This document shows positions 15,691 through 24,438 of a stretch of DNA of 49,480 nt, piece by piece (position 1 is the stretch's first letter; each line of letters begins with the position of its first letter). The position numbers and the translations under genes were made by a program. The DNA lies in the IMG/VR virus record IMGVR_UViG_3300030376_002587, positions 1 through 49,480 of that record; one strand, given 5' to 3'. This stretch comes from a virus. Taxonomy: Duplodnaviria > Caudoviricetes. Below the pieces are notes generated by a model. It made no database searches and was not told the origin of the DNA. It was given only the letters and a program-made list of their open reading frames with translations.

Positions 15691-16479
15691 ATGAATACAT
15701 TTGAAAAACACAACATATCCTATTTATCCCCAAGTACCATAAATCTTTTCATATCTCAACCAGCATTATGTATGTTGAAATTTGCTGGTTATACAGATGA
15801 TGAGGTTGGGCCCCCAGCATGGAGGGGAACTGCTGTTGATAAAGCAGTTGGGAAAGGTGTTATTGAGGGATGGGAATTAGAACATTTAACAGAAGATGCA
15901 ACAACTTCTTTTTGGGATGAGTACTCAAAATATCCTCATGTAATTACACCAAAAATTGGAGAGAAAGCAGAAAAAGAAGCTAAATTAATACCACCTATGA
16001 TTAAGAATGCTATGGATTTTTACAAACCATTAGGGAACGTACAATCAATACAAGGCAAGATTAAAATGTTTTTTGATGATATAGAAGTTCCATTTATAGG
16101 ATATTATGATTTAGAATATGAGGACACTATCAGAGATACTAAAACTGTTTCAAGAACAATGTCTGGTATTGCAAATAGTGCTAAGAGACAAGTAGCTATA
16201 TATTCATTTGCCAAAAACAAAGAGGCATGGATTGATTATGTAACTGCAAAAGAGGTTCGGTCATTCAAATTAGAGAATGCTGAATACTGGTTAAAACAAG
16301 TAGAGATAGCATCACATTCAATAAAAAAAATACTGTCATTTTCAGATGACATATTAGAATGTTGTCAACTTGTTTACCCAGATTTAGACCATTGGATGTG
16401 GTCTAAAACCATGACCAACAATGCGAGAACTGTTTGGGATATGGACAATCCAAAATTAAATGCAACAACGGAGAGATAA
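15691..16479 (+). CDS. PD-(D/E)XK (Cas4/RecB-like) exonuclease
   Basis: LSPSTIN, RGTAV, GYYD, IRDTKT, QVAIY. Confidence 0.8.
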   Translation: MNTFEKHNISYLSPSTINLFISQPALCMLKFAGYTDDEVGPPAWRGTAVDKAVGKGVIEGWELEHLTEDATTSFWDEYSKYPHVITPKIGEKAEKEAKLIPPMIKNAMDFYKPLGNVQSIQGKIKMFFDDIEVPFIGYYDLEYEDTIRDTKTVSRTMSGIANSAKRQVAIYSFAKNKEAWIDYVTAKEVRSFKLENAEYWLKQVEIASHSIKKILSFSDDILECCQLVYPDLDHWMWSKTMTNNARTVWDMDNPKLNATTER

Positions 16480-17181
16480 ATGACTATAACTGTATTAAAA
16501 GCTATTGAGAAAGCTAGACCTAATTTTAAGGAACTCAAAAGGAGTGGAGAAAATTCATTCTTTAAATCAAATGGTGTTTCACATAGATATTCAACATTAA
16601 CGGATATTTTTGATGCTTGTTATTCTGCATTGCTAGCAGAAAATCTTACTATTGTTTATCAGATTAAAACTGATGGACATGAAAACAGAACTGATAATAT
16701 TATTGTAACTAAAATTGTTAATCTTGAAACTCAAGAAACATTGCAATCAGAGTCAACACTTGGAACTCACAATGTTAAAACTCAAGAGACAGGTTCTGCT
16801 ATTACATATTTGAGAAGATACCATTTACAATGTTTGCTTAATTTGGAAGCAGACTTTGAAGATGATGGTAATATTGCAAGTAAAAACAATTCAAAAGATA
16901 TTACTAAAATTGTTGATAAAGAAAGTCTTGTTATTGATTATGACTATCTTGGTTCACCATACAGAGTATTTGGAAAAGATGGAAACATGAAACAAACATT
17001 TACTGATGTTAAATCATGGGGATTACTTATCAAAACAATGCCAGAAAGAAATACAGAAGCAAATATAAAAGAAATTGCTAGGATTAAAAATGGTGTTGAG
17101 AATGACACAACAATGTCAGAAAAAGTAAAAGAAAATTTATTAAATTCAATTGGTCAACTAAATGGAGGTAATAATGGCTGA
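16480..17181 (+). CDS. erf: ERF-family ssDNA annealing protein
   Basis: YSTLTDI, GSAITYLRRY, EDDGN. Confidence 0.88.
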   Translation: MTITVLKAIEKARPNFKELKRSGENSFFKSNGVSHRYSTLTDIFDACYSALLAENLTIVYQIKTDGHENRTDNIIVTKIVNLETQETLQSESTLGTHNVKTQETGSAITYLRRYHLQCLLNLEADFEDDGNIASKNNSKDITKIVDKESLVIDYDYLGSPYRVFGKDGNMKQTFTDVKSWGLLIKTMPERNTEANIKEIARIKNGVENDTTMSEKVKENLLNSIGQLNGGNNG

Positions 17182-17515
17182 ATATGATAACACAAATAAA
17201 GGTGCTTTGTTTAATGCACATAATTGTAAAATTAAAGGACAAGGTGCTATACACATTGGTCAATCTCCGTCTGATTATGTCTTGGTAGAAGAACAGACAA
17301 AACATGGTCAAACATTTCTTAATCTTTATGTTAAATCAGCAAAGATTTTCAAAAACGAAAATAAAAGAAATGATGATGATGCTGATATGAGTGGTACAAT
17401 AGAAAGCCATTTAGGAGAGTTTAGGATATGGTTAAGAGAAAAGACAAGTAAGAATGGCAATCAATTTATTTCATGCTCTGTTGCCCCTAAAAAAGAGAAA
17501 GAAGGTGGTTTTTAA
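17174..17515 (+). CDS. Putative ssDNA-binding protein (DUF736-like)
   Basis: YDNTNKGALF...FKNENK...SG...W..TSKNG pattern; follows ERF; C-terminal Phe. Confidence 0.55.
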   Translation: MAEYDNTNKGALFNAHNCKIKGQGAIHIGQSPSDYVLVEEQTKHGQTFLNLYVKSAKIFKNENKRNDDDADMSGTIESHLGEFRIWLREKTSKNGNQFISCSVAPKKEKEGGF

Positions 17516-17829
17516 TGGCACAATATAGGAATAAATCGCATTTAGTTTGGATTTCTCAACAACCATGTGTCTTAAAAAAATTTGGGGGGTGTAAATATGG
17601 TGTTCAAGCACATCATTTGTTAAAACCAATTTATGGTCAGAGAGGTATGGGAATGAAAGCAGATGACAGAAATGCTATACCTCTTTGTTATCAACATCAT
17701 CAAGAATTACATTTGATGGGTAATGAGACAAAATTTTTTGAAAAATATACTGACATCCATCAATTCGGTCAAAAACTTGTTGAGATAATGTGGTATTTAA
17801 GTCCACTCAATAAGGCATTTAAAAAATGA
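17515..17829 (+). CDS. DUF968/Ref-like HNH-type nuclease
   Basis: QPCV...C...AHH...G.G.K.DD..AIPLC..HH.ELH. Confidence 0.75.
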   Translation: MAQYRNKSHLVWISQQPCVLKKFGGCKYGVQAHHLLKPIYGQRGMGMKADDRNAIPLCYQHHQELHLMGNETKFFEKYTDIHQFGQKLVEIMWYLSPLNKAFKK

Positions 17830-18149
17830 TAACTGATGAAGATGTTGAAAAGTCTATTGATTTTTTACAAACAAGCGCTCTAAAAACTGCACAAGCAAAA
17901 GCTAATAGAATATATTTAGATGAATATAGAAAATCTTTGAAGGCAATGATAATGAAAGAACACCAAGAGTTGCCTGTGTCTGCACAAGAAAGAGAAGCCT
18001 ATTCAGATGCTAGATATTTAAATCATTTAAAAGCAATACGACAAGCAGTTCAATTAGATGAGCAATTTAGATTTGAGAGAGTGCACCATGAAGCAAAGAT
18101 AGAAGCATGGAGAAGTCACTCTGCAAATATGAGAGCAATAAAAATATAG
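17826..18149 (+). CDS. Hypothetical helical protein (possibly UvsY-like)
   Basis: QEREAYSD...IEAWRS..AN pattern. Confidence 0.6.
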   Translation: MITDEDVEKSIDFLQTSALKTAQAKANRIYLDEYRKSLKAMIMKEHQELPVSAQEREAYSDARYLNHLKAIRQAVQLDEQFRFERVHHEAKIEAWRSHSANMRAIKI

Positions 18150-18161
18150 GAGAATAACAAC

Positions 18162-18380
18162 ATGAAAAAAATATTTATTGTCTTTTTACTTATAGGATGT
18201 TCAAGCGACCAAATCATTGTTGCTGATTTACGGATGTCAAAAGAAAAAGCACAACTCTTTCAAAGAGACCTACAAGAATGCAAAGAATTATCACAACAGG
18301 CAAAGAGTATATTTAAACCAAATGTTACAATCATGACTGAAAATTGTTTAGAGGGAAGAGGTCATTCTATAATTAAATAA
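18162..18380 (+). CDS. Putative lipoprotein
   Basis: MKKIFIVFLLIG-C lipobox. Confidence 0.7.
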   Translation: MKKIFIVFLLIGCSSDQIIVADLRMSKEKAQLFQRDLQECKELSQQAKSIFKPNVTIMTENCLEGRGHSIIK

Positions 18381-18408
18381 TTGACTAATAAAAATTGTAT
18401 GCTAATCT
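18381..18408 (+). promoter_or_regulatory. sigma70-like promoter for a small RNA
   Basis: TTGACT-16-TAATCT with extended -10 TG. Confidence 0.5.
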
Positions 18409-18414
18409 TATAAA

Positions 18415-18497
18415 ATAAAAACATACTCAAATTTCCTCCCAAGAAATGAGAATTACTTAACCCCCTTGTCTCGCATATGCAAGGGGGTCTTTTTTTT
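18415..18497 (+). ncRNA. Putative sRNA with anti-SD loop
   Basis: CTC-AA-ATTTC[CTCCCAA]GAAAT-GAG hairpin followed by a terminator; no ORF. Confidence 0.45.
18460..18497 (+). terminator. Rho-independent terminator
   Basis: ACCCCCTTG/CAAGGGGGT stem followed by a T-run. Confidence 0.8.
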
Positions 18498-18516
18498 AAA
18501 AAAAATTAAAATAATT

Positions 18517-18545
18517 GTTGACATTTGTTTACTATAGTGTATTAT
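18517..18545 (+). promoter_or_regulatory. sigma70-like early promoter
   Basis: gTTGACA ttt GTTTAC tatagtg TATTAT; GGGAAAACAACATG leader. Confidence 0.65.
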
Positions 18546-18571
18546 ATAATTATAAACAAAGGGAAAACAAC

Positions 18572-18970
18572 ATGGAAAAATTACAAGGACAAAATATAGA
18601 TAAATTACCATTATGTGGAGTTTTATCTGTTTCGATTGCATCAAAAAAATCTTTATCTGAAACTTTTGACACATTTAAAAAATTAAACAAAAAAGCTAAT
18701 AATTGGAAAGGCAGAACAAATCACAAGGAGAGATTAAAAGTCTTAAAACATTATAAAGTAAAATGTAAAGATTTTAGACTTGGAAAAATAACTCTTAAAA
18801 ATTTTACAGACCAACATACTGTAAAGGGAAAAATCTATATGATTACAACAACAGGGCATATTCAAATTGTTCAAGATGGAATGATTACAGACCAAAGAGG
18901 AACAAAACCAATATCAGAATATTGGGGCAAAGATAAAAGATTAAATCATATTCAATTAGAAATAATTTAA
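18572..18970 (+). CDS. Hypothetical early protein (basic; Cys...TTGH, possible papain-like remnant)
   Basis: Promoter and leader support the 18572 start. Confidence 0.65.
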   Translation: MEKLQGQNIDKLPLCGVLSVSIASKKSLSETFDTFKKLNKKANNWKGRTNHKERLKVLKHYKVKCKDFRLGKITLKNFTDQHTVKGKIYMITTTGHIQIVQDGMITDQRGTKPISEYWGKDKRLNHIQLEII

Positions 18971-18971
18971 T

Positions 18972-19232
18972 TTACTCATCATAAACTGCATTTATTCCAT
19001 TATATCTAGGTTCATAGGTTGTCGATTGGCTACTAAAATATCTAGTTCTATATGCATTTGGTTTTCTTGTTTTAATTATGTTTTCTTTAGGTTTTAAAAT
19101 TATTTCTTGAGTATTAAAAATATTACTACATTCTTCACATTTTCTTCGTCTATAAATAGCATCTTTTAATTTAAAATTCCTTGAGTCAATTACTTTGCTT
19201 TTAGGACAATTACAATTTGGGCATGTTACCAT
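18972..19232 (-). CDS. NrdR-N-like Zn-ribbon protein
   Basis: CPNC...KVIDSR...RRRKCEEC...FNTQE; no ATP-cone. Confidence 0.75.
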   Translation of the reverse strand: MVTCPNCNCPKSKVIDSRNFKLKDAIYRRRKCEECSNIFNTQEIILKPKENIIKTRKPNAYRTRYFSSQSTTYEPRYNGINAVYDE

Positions 19233-19306
19233 ATTAAATCCTTGATAAAATAAAATTACTATAGTAAATATATTATAGTTTAAAAAACCAAACAAGGTAT
19301 ATTTAT

Positions 19307-19855
19307 ATGAATATAGAACTCAGAAGAGTTGAAGATTTAAACCCCTATGATAAAAATTCCAGAGTACATTCAGATGAACAGATTGACCAGATTGTAGACA
19401 GCATCAAAACATGGGGTTGGACAATTCCAATACTTATAGATGAAGAAAATACTGTAATTGCTGGTCATGCGAGGCTTTCTGCTGGACAAAAACTAGAATA
19501 TGGAGAAATACCATGCATTGTAGCAAAAGGATGGACTGAACAACAAAAAAAGGCTTATGTGATTGCTGACAATAAATTAGCAGAAAACTCAAATTGGGAT
19601 ATGGGTATATTTTATCAAGAGTTAAAAAGTCTTACAGAAGATGGATTTGATTTAAAACTTGTAGGTATAGATGAAAATTTTCAATTAGATTTTACCAATG
19701 ACTATACTCCATCAATTAATTTTGGAGAGGTTACTGAAGATGACATTTATAAAGCACAAGAAAATCAACAACAATTAGGCAATCAAGAAACTCATACACA
19801 AACTGTTTACTGTCCAAAATGTATGCATGAATTTGAAATATCTGGCAATAATTAA
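19307..19855 (+). CDS. ParB/Srx N-terminal domain protein
   Basis: LNPYDKNSRVH, GWTIPILIDE, IAGHARL, IADNKL; C-terminal CPKC. Confidence 0.9.
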   Translation: MNIELRRVEDLNPYDKNSRVHSDEQIDQIVDSIKTWGWTIPILIDEENTVIAGHARLSAGQKLEYGEIPCIVAKGWTEQQKKAYVIADNKLAENSNWDMGIFYQELKSLTEDGFDLKLVGIDENFQLDFTNDYTPSINFGEVTEDDIYKAQENQQQLGNQETHTQTVYCPKCMHEFEISGNN

Positions 19856-20436
19856 TGAAAATAATAATAGGTACAGTTCCATCAAGAATTGAGTATCATT
19901 CATATTTGAAAAAAAAATTACCAAATGCAATTTGGATTTTTGACCATAATCGTGACGGTGCCATGAGCACATACAAAAAAAAATTGGTAAAATTACAGAA
20001 TGAATGCGGTTTAATTTTAGAAGATGATGTTATATTTGCAGATAATTTTATGACAAAAATAGAGCATGAAATAAGTAAAAGACCAAATGATTTCATTAAT
20101 TTTTTTTCAATGAGAAAAGCAGACTTTGAAATAGGGAGTAGATATTATTCAGATTTTATTGGTAATCTTTGTGTTTATATACCAAAAAATCATTCTAATA
20201 AGATATTAGATTGGCATGAGCAATATTGGGTTCCAGCAAATTATGAAGGTAATATGTCAACATCAGCAACAGATTTGTTTTTAAGAAGTTATTTAAAAGC
20301 AAATAAAATAAAATGTTGGTTAGTTGTTCCAAATTTAGTAAATCATAGAGTTGGTAAGAGTGTTATTGACCCAAGAAGGTCATCAAAAAGATTAAGCAAA
20401 ACATTTATTGGACCAACAGATGAGGAAATAAAATGA
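19855..20436 (+). CDS. Glycosyltransferase-like protein (GT-A fold, GT25-like)
   Basis: LILEDDV, D-LFL, PNLVNHR...S motifs. Confidence 0.65.
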   Translation: MKIIIGTVPSRIEYHSYLKKKLPNAIWIFDHNRDGAMSTYKKKLVKLQNECGLILEDDVIFADNFMTKIEHEISKRPNDFINFFSMRKADFEIGSRYYSDFIGNLCVYIPKNHSNKILDWHEQYWVPANYEGNMSTSATDLFLRSYLKANKIKCWLVVPNLVNHRVGKSVIDPRRSSKRLSKTFIGPTDEEIK

Positions 20437-20960
20437 AATTTCAGAAGACTGATGAATTTAAAGAAAATATGTCAATAAATCCAGTTGTTGACCACAAATT
20501 TTTAGAATTGCCAGATAAATTTTGTAATCCGAGTAATGATGAACTTAATGCAGTAATGAAAAATAGAAACATAAAAACATGGGGCAGAGCAAAAGGACAC
20601 TTTCAAGGATTAGACCCACATTGGATTTGTCTTGCTTTTCATAAAAGAAGAGTTGCTCCATTACATACTGATTTTAATTATCCAAGATACTCACATCATT
20701 TCAAAATCAGAGTTGATGATGGCATTGAATGTGGAGGATTACCAGAAGATTATCCACAATTTCCACAAGGAGAAAAAAGAAAAACTTTAAAAATGAAAAG
20801 AGGATTATGGTATATTTTAGATACTCATTCCCCACATCAAGTATATACTACAAATGATACAGCAATATGGAATTTAGCAATTTCAATTGATAGTCATGAA
20901 CCATTAGAAATGCAAAAATGTTTAGATATGTGTTTTGATTATGCGAGGAAAGGTCTTTGA
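20433..20960 (+). CDS. Cupin/Fe(II)-2OG oxygenase-like protein
   Basis: PLHTD (HxD) and a distal LDTHSPHQV His in beta-rich sequence. Confidence 0.55.
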   Translation: MKFQKTDEFKENMSINPVVDHKFLELPDKFCNPSNDELNAVMKNRNIKTWGRAKGHFQGLDPHWICLAFHKRRVAPLHTDFNYPRYSHHFKIRVDDGIECGGLPEDYPQFPQGEKRKTLKMKRGLWYILDTHSPHQVYTTNDTAIWNLAISIDSHEPLEMQKCLDMCFDYARKGL

Positions 20961-22141
20961 GAATTTATGACGATAAAAATGTTTTTGAAAGTGCATTAGA
21001 TAGAATTAGGTACATATTTGATGAGTTTGAAAACATTATGGTTTGTACATCTGGTGGGAAAGATAGCACAGTTATATTTAATTTATGCAAAATTGTTGCT
21101 AAAGAAAAAAATAGATTGCCCTTAAAATTATTATTTCTTGACCAAGAAGCAGAATGGCAAACTGTCATTGATTATATGAGAATATTAATGAATGACAAAG
21201 ATGTTGAACCTTATTGGGTACAAGCACCAATTCTTCTAAAAAATGCTACATCAATTGGAGAACCTTTTCTCAAATGTTGGGAAGAGGGGAAAGAAGAACA
21301 GTGGTTAAGACCAAAAGAAGATATTGCAATAAAAGAAAATTCATTTGGTACTGAGAGGTTTCATCCATTATGGGCAAATATTTTAAGACATTATTTCCCA
21401 AATCAAAAAGCTTGTTACTTTGTTGGGATGAGAGCAGAGGAAAGTCCAGCAAGATTAACTGGATTAGGTAGTGGTAGAACTTACAAACATATTACATGGG
21501 GTGCAAAAAAACATAAAGACCAATACAATTTTTACCCATTATATGATTGGAGTACTCATGATGTCTGGAAAGCAATACATGAAAATAAATGGCATTATTG
21601 TAAAATATATGATGAATTTTATCGTAAAGGCATTCCATTGAGACAAATGAGAGTTTCAAACTTACACCATGAAACAGCAGTACACGCATTATTTTATTTG
21701 CAAGAGTTAGAAGGCGATACATGGGATAAATTAGTATTAAGACTCAAGGGAATAAATCAAACACGACACTTGTCAAAATCAGATATGTTTCAGATTAAAC
21801 AGTTACCAAAAATGTTCAATGATTGGATTGAGTATAGAAATCATTTAATAGACAATTTAACAGAATATGAAGAACACAAAGAAAAATTTAGAAAATATTT
21901 TGCACGAATGGATAAACAATTTGATGATATGAGACTCAAAGAAGATTTATACAAAAGACAATGCCAAACAGTATTAGCAAATGATATAGATTTTACAAAA
22001 ATTGAGACTTGGACATCAAATCCGTTTGTTATTAGATACATTGAATATAAAAGAGGAAAGAAAAAATATTTAAATCAACCAAGAAGTTTTGGAAAATACA
22101 TACCAGATGAGGCATATTATGGACACCAAGCATCCAATTAG
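20957..22141 (+). CDS. PAPS reductase-family/DUF3440 protein (IbrA/YbdN-like)
   Basis: PP-loop SGGKDS, FLDQEAE, GMRAEESPAR, YPLYDW, QMRVS. Confidence 0.88.
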   Translation: MRIYDDKNVFESALDRIRYIFDEFENIMVCTSGGKDSTVIFNLCKIVAKEKNRLPLKLLFLDQEAEWQTVIDYMRILMNDKDVEPYWVQAPILLKNATSIGEPFLKCWEEGKEEQWLRPKEDIAIKENSFGTERFHPLWANILRHYFPNQKACYFVGMRAEESPARLTGLGSGRTYKHITWGAKKHKDQYNFYPLYDWSTHDVWKAIHENKWHYCKIYDEFYRKGIPLRQMRVSNLHHETAVHALFYLQELEGDTWDKLVLRLKGINQTRHLSKSDMFQIKQLPKMFNDWIEYRNHLIDNLTEYEEHKEKFRKYFARMDKQFDDMRLKEDLYKRQCQTVLANDIDFTKIETWTSNPFVIRYIEYKRGKKKYLNQPRSFGKYIPDEAYYGHQASN

Positions 22142-22679
22142 CAATGTATTGTGGATAGATGTAGATAAGATACAAGCAAACGACTACAATCCAAATAAAG
22201 TTGCATCAACTGAATTAAGATTGCTCTATGTATCTATAAAAGAAGATGGATATACACAACCAATTGTAACTATCTATGATGAAGAAACAGATAAGTATAC
22301 TATCGTTGATGGATTTCACAGATATTTTGTAGGCAAAAATAATAAGGACATATTAGAAACTACAGATGGCAAATTACCTATTGTTGTATTACATAAAACA
22401 ATAAATGAAAGAATGGCATCTACAGTAAGACATAATCGTGCAAGAGGTTCACATAGTATAAAAGGAATGTCAAACATGGTTTTTGAGATGCTAGAAAATG
22501 GATGGGATGATGTTATGATATGCAACCATTTAGGAATGGAAGCAGATGAGATTGTAAGATTAAAACATATTACAGGGTTCTCTAAATTGTTTAAAGATAC
22601 AGAATATAGTAAATCATGGAGAACAAAGAACCAGATTTTATTGGAAAAAGATATGCTAGACAAAAGTGAGACAAATTGA
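22119..22679 (+). CDS. ParB-like protein (IbrB/YbdM-like)
   Basis: ANDYNPN, DGYTQPIV, IVDGFHRY, STVRHNRARG. Confidence 0.9.
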   Translation: MDTKHPISNVLWIDVDKIQANDYNPNKVASTELRLLYVSIKEDGYTQPIVTIYDEETDKYTIVDGFHRYFVGKNNKDILETTDGKLPIVVLHKTINERMASTVRHNRARGSHSIKGMSNMVFEMLENGWDDVMICNHLGMEADEIVRLKHITGFSKLFKDTEYSKSWRTKNQILLEKDMLDKSETN

Positions 22680-22691
22680 TAATGGTCAAGT

Positions 22692-23237
22692 ATGCCTAAG
22701 AAATTTACACAAGAATTAAAAGCAGTTGTAAAAAGAGAGTTCATTGAAGGATATGTAAGCGAAAAAGACATTCGTGTTTATCCATCAATAGAAGCACTTG
22801 GTAAGAAACATGGAATTGCAAGACCAACAATTTATCGTCATTCTAAAAAAGAAGATTGGCAAAAACAAAAAAATCAATTTCAAACAAGATTAGAGAAAAA
22901 AGTAGAGACTTCGAGAATTAATGAGATGGTTGAACAATCTCAAAGATTGGATACGAGAAGTATTGAGATTGCACAAGCATTACTTGTTAAAGTAGGAAGA
23001 AGAATACAAGTATCATTAGATGATGAAAAAAAAGAATTAAAGCCACATGAATTAAGAGAATTATCAACAGTTTCACTTAATGCACAAAGAATAGGCAAAC
23101 TTGCATTAGGAGAAGCACAGGAAATATCAAAGGTTTCAGCAGATGTCAGCACACCAGACTCGTTCAGAGAAATACTTGCAGAACTGGACAAGCTTACAGA
23201 AGAAAAGTCAAAAAGAGCACAGCACACTATACAGTAA
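22692..23237 (+). CDS. Terminase small subunit (putative)
   Basis: N-terminal HTH plus helical body, directly upstream of TerL. Confidence 0.65.
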   Translation: MPKKFTQELKAVVKREFIEGYVSEKDIRVYPSIEALGKKHGIARPTIYRHSKKEDWQKQKNQFQTRLEKKVETSRINEMVEQSQRLDTRSIEIAQALLVKVGRRIQVSLDDEKKELKPHELRELSTVSLNAQRIGKLALGEAQEISKVSADVSTPDSFREILAELDKLTEEKSKRAQHTIQ

Positions 23238-24438
23238 TTGGTATACATTAAGTAGACCAGAACAATGTACTCCTGTTGGTGATTGGAATTTATGGATTAT
23301 TCTTGCTGGAAGAGGTTGGGGTAAAACATTAACTGGAGCATTTGATATGGTTAATTATGCTTTAAAAAATCCAGAAGTTAATTGTGCTGTTGTTGTTCCT
23401 ACATTTGGTGATTTAAGAAGGGTAGCTTTTGGTGGTGTGTCTGGAATAATTAAACTATTACCGCCAGAATGTTTAATGCCTGGTCGAGGTCAAGGAGTTT
23501 CATCTACAACAGCAGAAATAAGATTATATAATGGTTCAAAAATATATGGATTTTCTGCACAAGACCCAGATAGATTGAGAGGACCACAGTTTCACAGGGC
23601 ATGGTGTGATGAGTTAGCTAGTTGGCAATATCCAGAAACATTTGACCAATTGATGTTTGGTTTAAGATTAGGACAAAAGCCCCAATGTGTAATTACAACA
23701 ACTCCAAAACCTACAACATTAATTAAAGATTTAATAAAAAGAAAAAATATAATCATAACAAGAGGAAGTACATTTGAGAACAAAGACAATCTTGCTCCAT
23801 CGGCTCTTGAAATGTTAAAAGAAAAATATGCTGGTACAAGGTTAGGAAGACAAGAATTATTTGCAGAAATACTTGATGATTTAGAAGGTGCTCTATGGAA
23901 TACTAAGATGATAGAGGACACAAGAGTAAATAAAGAAGAGTTACCAGAGATGCAGAGAGTTGTTGTAGCAGTTGACCCAGCAGTTACAAGTAATGACAGT
24001 TCTGATGAGACAGGAATAATTATTGCTGGAAAAGGAGAAGATAATAGGTATTATATACTTGCAGATGAGACAATCAAAGATACACCAGATAGATGGTTAA
24101 GAAGAGCAGTTGATTGTTATTATCTTTATAATGCTGATAGAATTGTTGTAGAAATAAATAATGGTGGCGATTTGGTAGAAAGACTGTTAAGAACAATAGA
24201 TGATAAAGTGCCATACAAGAAAGTTCATGCAACAAGAGGCAAAATAGTTAGAGCAGAACCAATATCTGCTTTATATGAACAGAAGAAAGTATCCCATGTG
24301 GGTGTGCTTGTAAAATTAGAGGAGCAACTTTGCTCATACATAGGAGGTGCGAAATCTCCAGATAGGTTTGATGCATTAGTTTGGGCTTTGACCGAATTAT
24401 CGTCATCAAGTAATAAACCATATTGGAGAATAAACTAA
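23143..24438 (+). CDS. terL: Terminase large subunit
   Basis: GRGWGKT, RLRGPQF, WCDE, TTTP, AVDPA, SPDRFDA. Exact start uncertain. Confidence 0.95.
   Translation: MSAHQTRSEKYLQNWTSLQKKSQKEHSTLYSNWYTLSRPEQCTPVGDWNLWIILAGRGWGKTLTGAFDMVNYALKNPEVNCAVVVPTFGDLRRVAFGGVSGIIKLLPPECLMPGRGQGVSSTTAEIRLYNGSKIYGFSAQDPDRLRGPQFHRAWCDELASWQYPETFDQLMFGLRLGQKPQCVITTTPKPTTLIKDLIKRKNIIITRGSTFENKDNLAPSALEMLKEKYAGTRLGRQELFAEILDDLEGALWNTKMIEDTRVNKEELPEMQRVVVAVDPAVTSNDSSDETGIIIAGKGEDNRYYILADETIKDTPDRWLRRAVDCYYLYNADRIVVEINNGGDLVERLLRTIDDKVPYKKVHATRGKIVRAEPISALYEQKKVSHVGVLVKLEEQLCSYIGGAKSPDRFDALVWALTELSSSSNKPYWRIN

Noticed and set aside
15691-16479. CRISPR-Cas (Cas4-like nuclease)
   Set aside because: No repeat-spacer array or other cas genes; the context is an exonuclease-ERF recombination module.
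19307-19855. Plasmid-prophage partition system
   Set aside because: ParB N-terminal domains only; no ParA, and the context is modification/terminase genes.
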